Positions 31,045 through 41,677 of a stretch of 41,752 nucleotides of DNA are shown here, piece by piece. The stretch is from Trichomonas gallinae. Taxonomy: Eukaryota. The position numbers were made by a program, and so were the translations under genes. Location: the NCBI GenBank assembly GCA_008369845.1, contig MRSU01009705.1, positions 1-41,752 on the forward strand, given 5' to 3'. The notes beneath the pieces were generated by a model. The model ran no database searches. It was given only the letters and a program-made list of their open reading frames with translations, and was not told the DNA's origin. The stretch's first letter is position 1. Every line of letters starts with the position of its first letter.

Positions 31045-31477
31045 GCGAATTTTTTTTAGATTTTAGAAAAATAATCGTTTTCAATTCAATTTTTTAAATT
31101 TAAAAATTTATCAATATTTAGTAAATTTATAGTATACTGATCTTATTTTTATCAAAATTTCGATTTTAAAAATTTCTGACAATTAAAATTTGACATTTGT
31201 CAAAAATATTAAAATCTAACACTATTTTTGGCAATTGTCAAAAATATTCCACAAATAAATTTGCCTGACATATAAGGAGATTGATGACTTTTTAATAATA
31301 TCATTAGGCATCAAACTTGACGATTCAGTTATTTATATAATAAAAATCATATGTTATGCAAATTAAATTGAAAAAATTATTGAATCAAATTTAATTTTTT
31401 TTTTTTAATAGATTCATCTAATAGTATTGGTATTGTTTATTAAAAAGCTTTGTTCCATTTATACTTTTCAGTTTATT

Positions 31478-32173
31478 TTAAAAATCATTAAAAAGATCTT
31501 TGCTTATCTCGCCCCTTTCGAGGATTGTTTCTGGGTTAAGTGGTGGATCGTTATCATTTGTGCCCCACATCTGCCAGTTATCAAGTTGAACTACAGCCTT
31601 CTTGAATTTAGCAACCCAAGCCTTCTCCTTTTCTGGATCTGGGATCTTGCCCATACCAGCATTGTAGTAGCCAAGTGGTCTTGTAACTTGGAACTTATTA
31701 TATCTGAAAGCAACATATTCTGAATGGAGAAGCTGCTCAATAGAGCCGGCACCTCTTTTTGAATAGTACTTTTCATCAGCTTCGTTGGAAATAATGAATG
31801 AAACCTTCTTTCCTTCGCCTGGAGCGGAAATTAAAACTCTCTCAATCCAAGCTTGGAAGCAAGCTGGGAATCTGAAGTACCACATTGGACCAAAAACAAG
31901 GATATGTGTCGCCCATTTGACGTTTTCGGCTTGTTCATAAATAAGATCAACTAAATTGTGGTCTTTGCTGTTTTCCATATAGTTAAAGTTCTCTGTCTTC
32001 TTGACCTTGAAATCTTTCTCGGTCAAAACTTGGCTGAAACCAGCTTCGTGAAGAATCACTTCGCGAACTTCATGGTGATCTTCAAGCAAAGCCTCTTTGG
32101 CGGCCTTAGCAAGACGGAAGGCTGTCGCCTGATGTGAGTCGTCCGCATGAGCGATGAGAATAAGAACTCTCAT
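31478..32173 (-). CDS. Flavodoxin-like fold (Flavodoxin_2) NAD(P)H oxidoreductase / flavin reductase-like protein
   Basis: RVLILIAH, EQAENVKWATHILVFGPMWYFRFPACFQAWIERV (family pattern PxWWxxxPAxLKxWIDRV). Start placed at the second ATG (32173) because an Inr TCATT lies at 32181-32185; the alternative ATG is at 32194. Confidence 0.88.
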   Translation of the reverse strand: MRVLILIAHADDSHQATAFRLAKAAKEALLEDHHEVREVILHEAGFSQVLTEKDFKVKKTENFNYMENSKDHNLVDLIYEQAENVKWATHILVFGPMWYFRFPACFQAWIERVLISAPGEGKKVSFIISNEADEKYYSKRGAGSIEQLLHSEYVAFRYNKFQVTRPLGYYNAGMGKIPDPEKEKAWVAKFKKAVVQLDNWQMWGTNDNDPPLNPETILERGEISKDLFNDF

Positions 32174-33009
32174 TGGATTAAATGAAGTCTTCATAGTAAA
32201 AAATTTTGATCACTTCATGTCATTATCGAATTTCGATTATTATCTGAAATACGTATTTTTTAGCGAAAAAATTTTCAATTCAAAAAAATCTATATGTAAA
32301 GTATTCAAAAAAATCGCAAAAAAATGTTTGTTTTATAATGCGGTAAATATAATCCACTATTCACATATATTACATTTATCTGTGTGATAACTCGAAATTC
32401 GATGATTTGATTATTTCTGATTTTGAATTTTGGATATTTTGAATCATTTTGAGCGAATATAAATTGTATATCAATCACCTAGTTGGAATTACTTAAGCGA
32501 GTAAGCATTGCGCAATCAATTTGTGAAATTTTATTTTCTTGAAGATTTTGGAAGGTTTAAACTAAAATATAATTGTGAAAATATTGTTTTCAATAATATA
32601 TTTTATCTTTTCTAAAATGCAGAATGTATATTAAACTTTGCACGAATTAACGATATGATCAAGGTCTATAAGTCTATAAAAGCACAAAAATAGTTCTTAT
32701 AAGTCAATCTTTTTCTGATTTTAAGATTTTGCTCGATTCTAAAACCATCTTTTGTGATGCATATGAATATATATAGAACATGTGGTTTTTATATAATATT
32801 CCTCAATGTTCAATCTATATTTTAGTTTAATTACAGGCTGTAAAATGCATCACGCATTGATGTAGCATTTTTTGATAGTTTTATAAACATTTGCGTGTGA
32901 TGGATCAAATTAAGGGTTTTAATCAACAAGAGTGCTATAACATGTTATTATTATATAAATAGAATGTTTTTATCTAGTTTTCATAGGAATGCAAACCAGA
33001 TCTCGAAAT

Positions 33010-34151
33010 TCCAATTTAATTTCGAATGTATGCGAACTTGCATCATATTCATAAAGCAGACCCCAATAGACATAAAGAAACATACTAAGCTATTTTTATT
33101 TCGAAAAAATAACTCTTTTGCCTCTGTTGACAGGTTTTTCTGGTTACAATTTCACAATTTCTTCTTTTGTAAATTTGTTTATGTTGTTCAATTATTTGTG
33201 GCTTAGTCTCGATGCTCGTTTCAGACAACAAACCAGGAACAACAGAGTAATCACCATGGTTGATATTTCCATCTGGATCAACAAATTTTTGACGCTAATT
33301 ATTGCATGTGACAATTTTGTAGCCTTTTGCAGATGGGACGTATTCTTTGCGTTCAATAACTTCTTCACTTGTAGTTGATATGGATATGAGTCGACTAATG
33401 CGATTAACCTCGCCCCATGGACTCTCTGTCTTGCGGCTGGTTTTCAGATCAAGAGAAACTTTACGCATAAGGTCAACAAGAATTTCATACATGTTTCCAT
33501 CTTTGTACTCATATGAATGATTATGGTTCTATCGAAATCTTGAGAACTCATTTTCTTCTTCAATGAGGCCCAACAATAGAATTGTGTCATTTCTGAAACA
33601 ACGAACTCTTTATCTTGATCCGAGCAATTGACGAAATACAATGGAATGTTTGGGATATCTGTCTCTCCTGAGATTTCAGAGATATATTCTTTCAAAATCT
33701 TCTTATTCTCTGTGTTCTTTATTTGCCTATTAGGGTATTTTTATCACAAAATGCAAATATGATACAATACATGCTTTCCAAATGAATTGTAAATAAATTT
33801 GATGACGTCTCGAACTCGTTTATTAAACAGTACAATTTGTGCTTGAATAACAACCCAAATGCATTGATTCCAACATCACATGATGTAGTTTTCAGTATTT
33901 CAGCATCTGGATAAGTTTATGAATTTGATCATCTGTAATATGTGTACCATTATCAAAACCTCCAGTGTCAATAACAATCCTTCCACATCCATTCACCACT
34001 GTTCATATATGATATGGACCAAGTGTATACATGGATATGGTTTTTCTCTTTCCTCAAAAACCATTTCTTTTTGGAAAAGGTTTCCTACTGAGCTTTTCCC
34101 TGAACCTGTATTTCCAATAAACATCACTACGACATCTTCTGTGTTATTCAT
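33010..34151 (-). pseudogene. AIG1-family (GIMAP-like) GTPase pseudogene
   Basis: ATG at 34151: MNNTEDVVVMFIGNTGSGKSSVGN (P-loop). Frameshift near 34027, TGA at 34003-34005, then RIVIDTGGFDNG (G3), VRDVIKFIYNSFG..VLYHICIL and IPLYFVN in shifting frames. The 3' limit is approximate. Confidence 0.88.
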
Positions 34152-34291
34152 TTATAGAAATGAAGTGAATTTTATTGTTAGTCGCCAACCTCTCAGATTA
34201 AATCATAATGGAAACTTAATACTATAATAGAAATTTATAGTGGAAACTTAAAGCTCTCAATGATTGAAAAACTACATGACTTCATTTAACA
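34152..34291. promoter_or_regulatory. 140-bp divergent promoter region with an Inr on each strand
   Basis: Minus-strand TCACT/TCATT at 34159-34168; plus-strand TCATT at 34282-34286, 5 nt before ATG 34292. Confidence 0.6.
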
Positions 34292-35003
34292 ATGATAAAG
34301 CAGCACACTATCATGCTTGTTGGCGATTCAGGAATTGGGAAATCTGATACTAACAACTGTATCTTAGGAATATTTGATGTTTCAGAGCTTCCATACTCAT
34401 TCAAGCTGCACAAAAGATCCAAATTCTGCATCTGTTCAGTTGAACTGCAAGGAACTGGTTTGTATTGATACAGAAGGTTTTAATGATGGAACAAAAATTA
34501 CACAAGTGCAAATCCATATGCTTGATTTCCTCAGGAATTGGAAGCCAGATGTCAGTGTTGTTGCCGTTGCAATCCAATATAGTGTCGTTCGATTCTCTAA
34601 ACTAGTCAAAGATATGATCAAATTTGTTTATGACGAATTTAAAAGAACAGAAATTTTGAAACATCTTTGCATCATATTCACTCATTGTCCTAATAACTAT
34701 GACAAAGAAAAGAAACCAAGATTGTACAACGAAGCTGCAAAAAGTTATCTTCGTGAAATTTCAAATGACAATAACATTAATGATATCCCAATGTTCTTTG
34801 TTGAAACCCGGAGAAAAGATATGCCTGATATGAAAAAAGAATTCGACAGGATCAGATAATTCGTTTTCAGCAAGAATGAGATTTTAATGACAAATTTTTG
34901 ATCAATAGGAGAAACTCATGAAACAAAAACAGAAGCAAGAGTGTCCCAAGGAATTCGTGTTAGTGGTAACAAAAAGTTTGAAAAGTTCATGAAGAAAAAT
35001 TAA
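34292..35003 (+). pseudogene. Second AIG1-family GTPase pseudogene
   Basis: MIKQHTIMLVGDSGIGKS (P-loop). A frameshift near 34390-34405 leads into CTKDP...CIDTEGFNDG (G3)...HLCIIFTHC (G4-like)...IPMFFVE. Premature TAA at 34857-34859; residual ETKTEARVSQGIRVSGNKKFEKF follows. Confidence 0.88.
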
Positions 35004-35123
35004 AAAAAAAGTTAGAATAACTTAATTATTTTAATTAAGAAACAAAACAAAATATGTGTTTGTCAAAATTTTGAATATGGAGATTATAAATTAAAAAATA
35101 CTTAATAACATTTATTAAAAAAA

Positions 35124-37274
35124 TTAAAATATCGAAAATCTATATAACTCATCGGTTTCAAATTCATTTTCAATGTCTTCAAAGTTCTCTGTTTGGAATG
35201 TCTCGATATCAATATCTTCATCGCCTTCATGATGTTGATCAGTGACGATAATTGCCGATGTTTTATCATATATTTCTGTGTCTGTTTCTGTCGAGAATGT
35301 TGTTGATTCTTCATCATCTTCGAACATCTCCAGTTGCTGTATCAAGTATTCAAGACGTTGAGATACTGTTGACATACGCGGACGTTTTCTCAACTCGATG
35401 AAAATTCCTTTCACGTCTGGAGTCATCATTGCAACAGTCAAGCCGATGCTTATTAAATCATCATGAGGAAGGTTACAAGTCTTAATCTTTGGATGATCTC
35501 GAACAGCACACCAGAAGTCAATAAACCTGTCGATTGATGTGGGTCTGAAGCCATCACCTCCAACTTCAGTTAAATCAGGCAAACTATTAATCAGCTCTGT
35601 GTATTCGGCGAGTCCTTGGTCTCCAGCTGTTGAGTTTTTGATCTTGAGTCGTCTTAGCAATTTTGCATCTTTCAATGTTTCTAAGAAAGGAATAAAAACA
35701 TGTGACATAAAATTTCCAGACAAATCTAATCCGAGTAAAGGAAGATTGATAGCAAATTTGGACAGGTATCCAAGGAACTGGTCGCCATCTTCAGGTTTCA
35801 CTTCGTTCATTGTTAACAAGTGGCAACGCTTTTGTGTATATAAGAAAGCAAATAAAGCTTTCAATGAATGATTAGGAATTACATTTCCCGACCAATCGAA
35901 CTCGCCGATATTCGGATGTAATGATCCATAGTTCAGATCAGCGAGTGATGAGTAAACCTCTGGTTTAATATCAAGTAACTGTGCTAAAAATATTATCGGG
36001 AAGTTTAAAGGAGACGAACATATATATTCGAAAATCGACTTTAAAGATTCGGGTGTAAATACGCACTGGCTGACATTAAAAACCAGCAATGTTCGTGGTG
36101 GGAAAGTTTGAGGTGGAACAATTGTTTTGAAATTTAATTTGCACAGTCTAATAACTCTTGCGTGTGTTTGTGAAAATGAAATTGCTTTCAGCAGATCAGT
36201 AGCGTCAACGTCTGTTTCTGTGATTGTTAACGTGTGAAGTTGATGAGATAATGATATCAGTCTGATGAAATCGTCAAAAGGGAAAGGTGTAATCTCGATT
36301 TTTGATAAGAAAATCCTACTTGCCCTTTTAACATATTGACATTTTGAAATTTTATTCACAAGATCAAAAAAAGCATGTGTGCGGAAAGTGCATTGTGTAA
36401 TAAGTAATTCGTCTATTGAAATTGAAAGTTTTCTCGAAGCTTCAACAAATTGAATAATAATTTCAGGGTTACAACGCATAAACCAAAATCGACGAACTAT
36501 AGTCTCTTCTATACCGGAAAAGTTAAATGGTGGAACCTTTTCTTTATAATCAATGAAAACAATTCTGTCAATTGTTTGTGAATTTTCTAACACTGCATGA
36601 AAAAACATGGGAAACTTTGTAGGGGCGAATGATTGCATCGATAATGTGTTTAGAGACGCTTCCCATGCAATAGCGTGACCAAATGATTCTGCGAAATTTC
36701 CTGGATGGAATCTTTTCGATATTGTTATGTTATTTGATTCTTTTTCTTCGAGTTTTTTAAGATAAACTAATGTTTCTAGCTGATTTCCGCTTGCATTATA
36801 ATAATGAGAAAAAAATAATGCGCGATTCATTAGCGAATTTGGTGCCCTACGATATACTGCGTAGTCAGGAAGATGTACATCTGATTGTATTTCCATTAGC
36901 TCGGCAAATTTACATCCCCATGTCATTTCTGAGAAGATTCGAAGCATTACAGATGCAATCGCAGCTACATTTTGAACTTTAATCTGGAGCATATAGCTGT
37001 CATAAGTTAATAGCAAACTATTTTCTAAGATGTGAAATTTAATGCAATCTAATAAGTGAAATACGAATTTTTGATGTGGTAAACCGAACAATTTCGACTT
37101 ATATATGTAATTTGTGCCATATGTGCAAACAAGAAATCCTTTTGTGAATTTCATTTTTTGTTTTTTGTATTCGCAAGGAACAGCAAGCATGACTTTTTCG
37201 GATTTATCCCAAGTCTGATCACTGAAGAACTGCAGCTGCTTTTTATTGACATCCATCACATATGTCTGACACAT
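35124..37274 (-). CDS. LRR protein with an N-terminal PH-like region, CARMIL-like; acidic C-terminal tail
   Basis: RI-like LRRs (LLGLDLSGN, LRRLKIKNSTAGDQGL, FDWSGN, FNVSQC). N-terminal KGFLVCT..YIYK...FVFHLLD resembles the CARMIL PH domain. First ATG at 37274. The ORF is secure; the CARMIL label is moderate. Confidence 0.7.
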   Translation of the reverse strand: MCQTYVMDVNKKQLQFFSDQTWDKSEKVMLAVPCEYKKQKMKFTKGFLVCTYGTNYIYKSKLFGLPHQKFVFHLLDCIKFHILENSLLLTYDSYMLQIKVQNVAAIASVMLRIFSEMTWGCKFAELMEIQSDVHLPDYAVYRRAPNSLMNRALFFSHYYNASGNQLETLVYLKKLEEKESNNITISKRFHPGNFAESFGHAIAWEASLNTLSMQSFAPTKFPMFFHAVLENSQTIDRIVFIDYKEKVPPFNFSGIEETIVRRFWFMRCNPEIIIQFVEASRKLSISIDELLITQCTFRTHAFFDLVNKISKCQYVKRASRIFLSKIEITPFPFDDFIRLISLSHQLHTLTITETDVDATDLLKAISFSQTHARVIRLCKLNFKTIVPPQTFPPRTLLVFNVSQCVFTPESLKSIFEYICSSPLNFPIIFLAQLLDIKPEVYSSLADLNYGSLHPNIGEFDWSGNVIPNHSLKALFAFLYTQKRCHLLTMNEVKPEDGDQFLGYLSKFAINLPLLGLDLSGNFMSHVFIPFLETLKDAKLLRRLKIKNSTAGDQGLAEYTELINSLPDLTEVGGDGFRPTSIDRFIDFWCAVRDHPKIKTCNLPHDDLISIGLTVAMMTPDVKGIFIELRKRPRMSTVSQRLEYLIQQLEMFEDDEESTTFSTETDTEIYDKTSAIIVTDQHHEGDEDIDIETFQTENFEDIENEFETDELYRFSIF

Positions 37275-38572
37275 TTTAATTCTTACAAAAATCAAAAAAT
37301 ACGATTATTTTCGATTCAAAATCGAATATTTCAGAAATAAAAAATAATCATATATATTTTTATAATCTAATTTTTAAAACAATTTTATTTGCTTCCACGC
37401 CCGTAAAATATTTGCAAAATTTTTTATTAAAAAAACTAAAGTTGCAATATATAGTCAAAATTATATGGAAAAAGTTCATTCGGCTCCGAGTGATCGCATT
37501 CAGAAAGTTAACTGACAACACAATTATACACTTCACTTTGCCGTTAACTTATGTCACAATTCAACTGCCGTTCTCAAAAAATATTTTTGAGTTTAATTAT
37601 CAAAAAATTATATGAGACGACTGAAAATAAAAGTGCTTTTTTATTATTTTACAGCTAATATATATTGTTTTATATCTACATTTTATTTTATTTTCATTCA
37701 AATTATTTCTTTCTTATCCATGCATACTTGAATTATGATTTTAGCATAAAATCAATGAATAATGGATAAAACCAATGTATTTCCTATGCTTTGATATCAT
37801 CAGAATTTATTTTTTTCAAATTTGATTTTCAAAATTAGTTTATCTTTAACATCAGGATTATTAAATGTTACTTAAAAATATCACTGATCATAACAATATT
37901 CTTTGAAAATGGAAATGGATGGAATTATTTTCGATATTTTGTCCAAAAAGATATGTTTGTATATTTATATTAAAGCATTGTAATACGCTGAATGCCATTA
38001 AATAATCAAAATTGATGTTTTTCATCAAAATATGAAAATTCAAAATTGCAAAAATTATTAATATAACACATCTACATTATTTTTTTTTTTTTTGATCATA
38101 TGTATATAATGATAATGATAATCATGAATAATAATATTCAATAATTTTATCCATTTTGAAAAGGATATGGAAAAGTAATAGCTAAAATGAAAAATATTAT
38201 TATGATTGTTTAACTTATTCGTCATAGTTGTTATTTTATTTGGCATTATAATCAAATCTAAACTTTCACAAACAAAAAAAAAATTCAACTTTAATACACC
38301 TTAAATCAATGTCACTTCATGCAATACCAGCAATTTTAACAGTTGTTTCTGGATATTTTGATCATATTGCAATGGAAAGCATAGGTCAAAACATCTAACT
38401 GTTTAATAACTTTCAAACTTATACAAAATGCATCTTTTTGCGACCAGCAAAAAGCCATTCATGTAATTCCACATATTAAATAAAAAATCTTTTCAACATT
38501 GTTTCTTGTTTCGAGAAAGCATCTATTATTGTAAAATTTATAATATTCAGAATGAGGAAAAAAAAATATCTT

Positions 38573-39835
38573 TCAAGAATCTTCTAAAACAATAAAAATC
38601 ATTGATGCAAGAAAATTCAGATATGGGCCAGAATAGCATTCAGCAACACTATAAAAGCACTTTGGCGTAGCAGCAGGTGTTGGCAGCGGAGATCTAGCAG
38701 GCAAACAACTTTCTAAATCTTTTGTGAATTGCGTGAATCCTAAAAACGAACTAAACTTATAATCTTTGTTAAGGCGAATTGTCGGGGAGCCTTGACTAAC
38801 AGAATCCAATTGATAGAGGCCACAGTATTCTATATTGAGAACAGTGGCAAGCGATAACATTTCTTCATCAACTGATTTCACTGTTGCCGGTAAAATTAAA
38901 TATTTAATTGTACTAAGTCTAAAAACATTTTGAGCTAAATATGTCAAAAATTCTGGGAAGATTATTTTTATTAACGATGGACACTCTTGGAAGCTTTCAG
39001 CTGGAATATCTGTTATCAACAACTTCGATATATCTGCTATTTGAAGATTCTGGCAATATCTAAACATTCTTGAATGGGGATAAATGACAGGAGTTTCAAT
39101 TACATAATTTACAAAATTGCAGCCTGAAAAAACACCTGAAACGAAAGTTGTTACAGTAGGGATAATTTCTTGCGTGCCATTGCATGGATATCTATATAAT
39201 ATTTTATAATCGCTAGAGTAGGCAACACCGTCATGAATTTTGACATTTTTGGAGTTACTTTTTAAAATGTTCAATTTAGTGCAGCAACCAAAAGGGCAGT
39301 CTAACGTCTCAAAATCTCTTGGAAATGTAAAACTCATTAAATTTGTGTATCCGAAGCAAAAATGTGTTAAATCTTTTAGTGTATCTGGTAAAATAATTTC
39401 TTCTAGAGATGAATAAAAAAAAGTATAAATTCCTTCAAAACGCGTCAATTTTGTTCTCGATAAATCTGCTTTTTTTATTTTCGAATAAGCAAAGCAATTC
39501 GAGCCGAGATAAGTCAATGAAGGTCCTAAAATAATAGAAGTAATAGATGATTGATTAAATGCTGATTCTCCAATATATTCTACTGTATCAGGAATAATTA
39601 CTGATGTAACTGCGCATTTTAGAAATGCAAATTTATTAATCTTGATAATATTACCTGTAAAATGATCTTCAAGTCTTAATTCTTCAGAATATGAAGGCGA
39701 AATCGCTGAATTAATTCCATCGCCAATTGTTATTCCTATATCGGTTTCAGAATAAGTGATTCCAGGTACACCTTCTGTAACTCGAGTTATTTAATTTTTA
39801 AATGGAGGCAAAAGCAAAAATTGCAGCAAAAAATG
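38573..39835 (-). pseudogene. BspA-like (TpLRR) surface protein with a destroyed start codon and an early nonsense codon
   Basis: The frame extends upstream of 39517: FLLQFLLLPPFKN-TAA(39791-39793)-ITRVTEGVPGITYS...IGDGINSAI...VIIPDTVEYIGESAF. The expected start reads AAAC-AT-TTTTTG (ATG minus G). TpLRRs, a P/T stalk and a hydrophobic tail are intact. Confidence 0.8.
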
Positions 39836-39897
39836 TTTAAGGTTAAATTTGTCAATTTTGTTTACATTTAACCTTAATATAGTTTGGAAATTAATCG

Positions 39898-40875
39898 TCA
39901 ATAAATAGCAAAACAACAATAGAAAAATCCATTAAATAAATTATAAATATTACACTTAACAGTGCAATGCGGCAAATGAGAATTTCTTGAAGCGCATTCT
40001 TTTATCTTTATGTGTGATAAAAGTGCGATTGAAAGTTCTAAAATCGTATTTTCAAATTTTGGCGTTCCGCTATCTTTTTGATTATCAGCAAAATAGCAGT
40101 ATTCAGCAACAAGTTCACCAGCATCTCTAAAAAATCTAAAAGTCATCTCTTTATTTCCTATGAAGCTGCAGTTCGAAATGGTTGTTTTTAAATTCTTTGA
40201 GTATATAAGGCTACTTTCAGAACGTTTTGATCCAATATTATATAAATAATTGCAGCAAAAAATATGAAAAATTACAGAAGAAGTAGTTCCGTATATGGCA
40301 GAAGAATGGAAATTTTCGTCAGTCCTTTTATGAGAATTATTTGCGAATGTTGATAACGATATAACAGATTCATCGTTTACGTCAAAAAAATGGTAGAGAC
40401 TTCTGCCATATGTCATGGCTTTTGTGATGTTTATGTTAGATACACTACAACTTCCTATGAAATATATATTAAAAGTGCCTTGATTGTATTCATCGCCCGA
40501 ATAAGAAATAGAAGAATCAAAAATTTTATTTTTATAAATAGTGGAAACGGTAATATCGCAAAATACGCCATTTGATGTTGTTTTAGATCTATAACCGCAA
40601 ACTCTATTCTGCGAAAATTGACCTTTGTCGCCGAAAAATATTGATCCTCCATTTCCTTCAGATGAACATGTGGAAAATAGAGTATCTTCGGCTAATACTT
40701 TAATATTTTCAGTAGTTGACGAAAATGAGATGGACGAACTGCGTATCTGATAAAAGATACAGAATTTTACAAAATAATTTAATTGGGTGCTTTTTGAAAC
40801 AGGGTTTGAGCCATCACTTATATTGACTTCCGGCGCATCATTATAGAAGTTAATCCATTCTTGGTTGAAAAACAT
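39898..40875 (-). CDS. Cys/Ser/Asn-rich hypothetical surface-type protein with GGxI and FxxN motifs (probable parallel beta-helix, Pmp-like)
   Basis: CSSEGNGGSIFF, STFANN, CNYLYN, NCSFIGN, YCYFADN; C-terminal Cys-containing hydrophobic tail. Confidence 0.75.
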   Translation of the reverse strand: MFFNQEWINFYNDAPEVNISDGSNPVSKSTQLNYFVKFCIFYQIRSSSISFSSTTENIKVLAEDTLFSTCSSEGNGGSIFFGDKGQFSQNRVCGYRSKTTSNGVFCDITVSTIYKNKIFDSSISYSGDEYNQGTFNIYFIGSCSVSNINITKAMTYGRSLYHFFDVNDESVISLSTFANNSHKRTDENFHSSAIYGTTSSVIFHIFCCNYLYNIGSKRSESSLIYSKNLKTTISNCSFIGNKEMTFRFFRDAGELVAEYCYFADNQKDSGTPKFENTILELSIALLSHIKIKECASRNSHLPHCTVKCNIYNLFNGFFYCCFAIY

Positions 40876-41677
40876 GATGGGTCAATATAACGATGAAACT
40901 ATTCCTTATGAATAAAAAAAATTATAAAAACGATCTATAAATTTTGTTACTTTTTATAATTTTATTACTTATCCAAAAGGAGAGAAATTTATTTTATGAT
41001 TGATTGCTCATTTATTGATAGATCGATTTATAATATTAGATGAATCTATTACAATTCGTTAACGCGCTTCAAATGAAGAATATTTTCAAAAATCATTTTC
41101 GTTCCACCAACAATATTGTATATAGTGCTATACATTATTGTCTAATAAAATATACAAATGATAAAAGCATTTGATCATAATTCATGAATCAAATAATGAT
41201 ATATCATTTAAATTCAACCAAAACAATGATATTCCTTCAATGTAACAAGATTATGCGAAGATTGCATTCATACTCATGTTCGAACATTCAAAAATCTTTT
41301 CATTCTTGAATTTCAAATCAGAATTAAAAGAGTAGAACCAAACTTGATACGCAATATATATATAAACTTGATGTATTTACAATAATGCATAAAATGCAAT
41401 GCATATTATCAATGGAAATGATTACATACATTAGAAGAATAATTTTACAAAGAATGAATCATTTCGAAATATGAAATCAATACAGTGTATATTTGCCATT
41501 ATTAATCTAATCATTTATTTCGAAACTGACAATTTTTTTTCAAAAAACAACATTTGACACATTATTTATCAATAGCATCAGCAAATATATCATATAGCTT
41601 TAAATAGTGTTATTTTATTTATGGCACGGCCTCTCTGCCATTAAATAAACTGAATTTCATAAGCAATAACAAAATTA

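Noticed and set aside
37480..37575. Locally GC-richer stretch considered as a tRNA or ncRNA
   Set aside because: No cloverleaf, T-loop (GTTCRA) or Pol III A/B boxes evident.
12512..39835. Stop-codon reassignment (TAA/TAG as sense) to explain in-frame stops
   Set aside because: Conserved genes such as ARPC1, HECT and LTN1 terminate at TAA right at their expected ends and contain no internal stops; the broken genes also have frameshifts or lost ATGs.
40960..41650. Possible decayed coding fragments (e.g. minus-strand NIVGGTKMIFENILHLKRVNEL)
   Set aside because: Too short and interrupted to assign to any family by eye.
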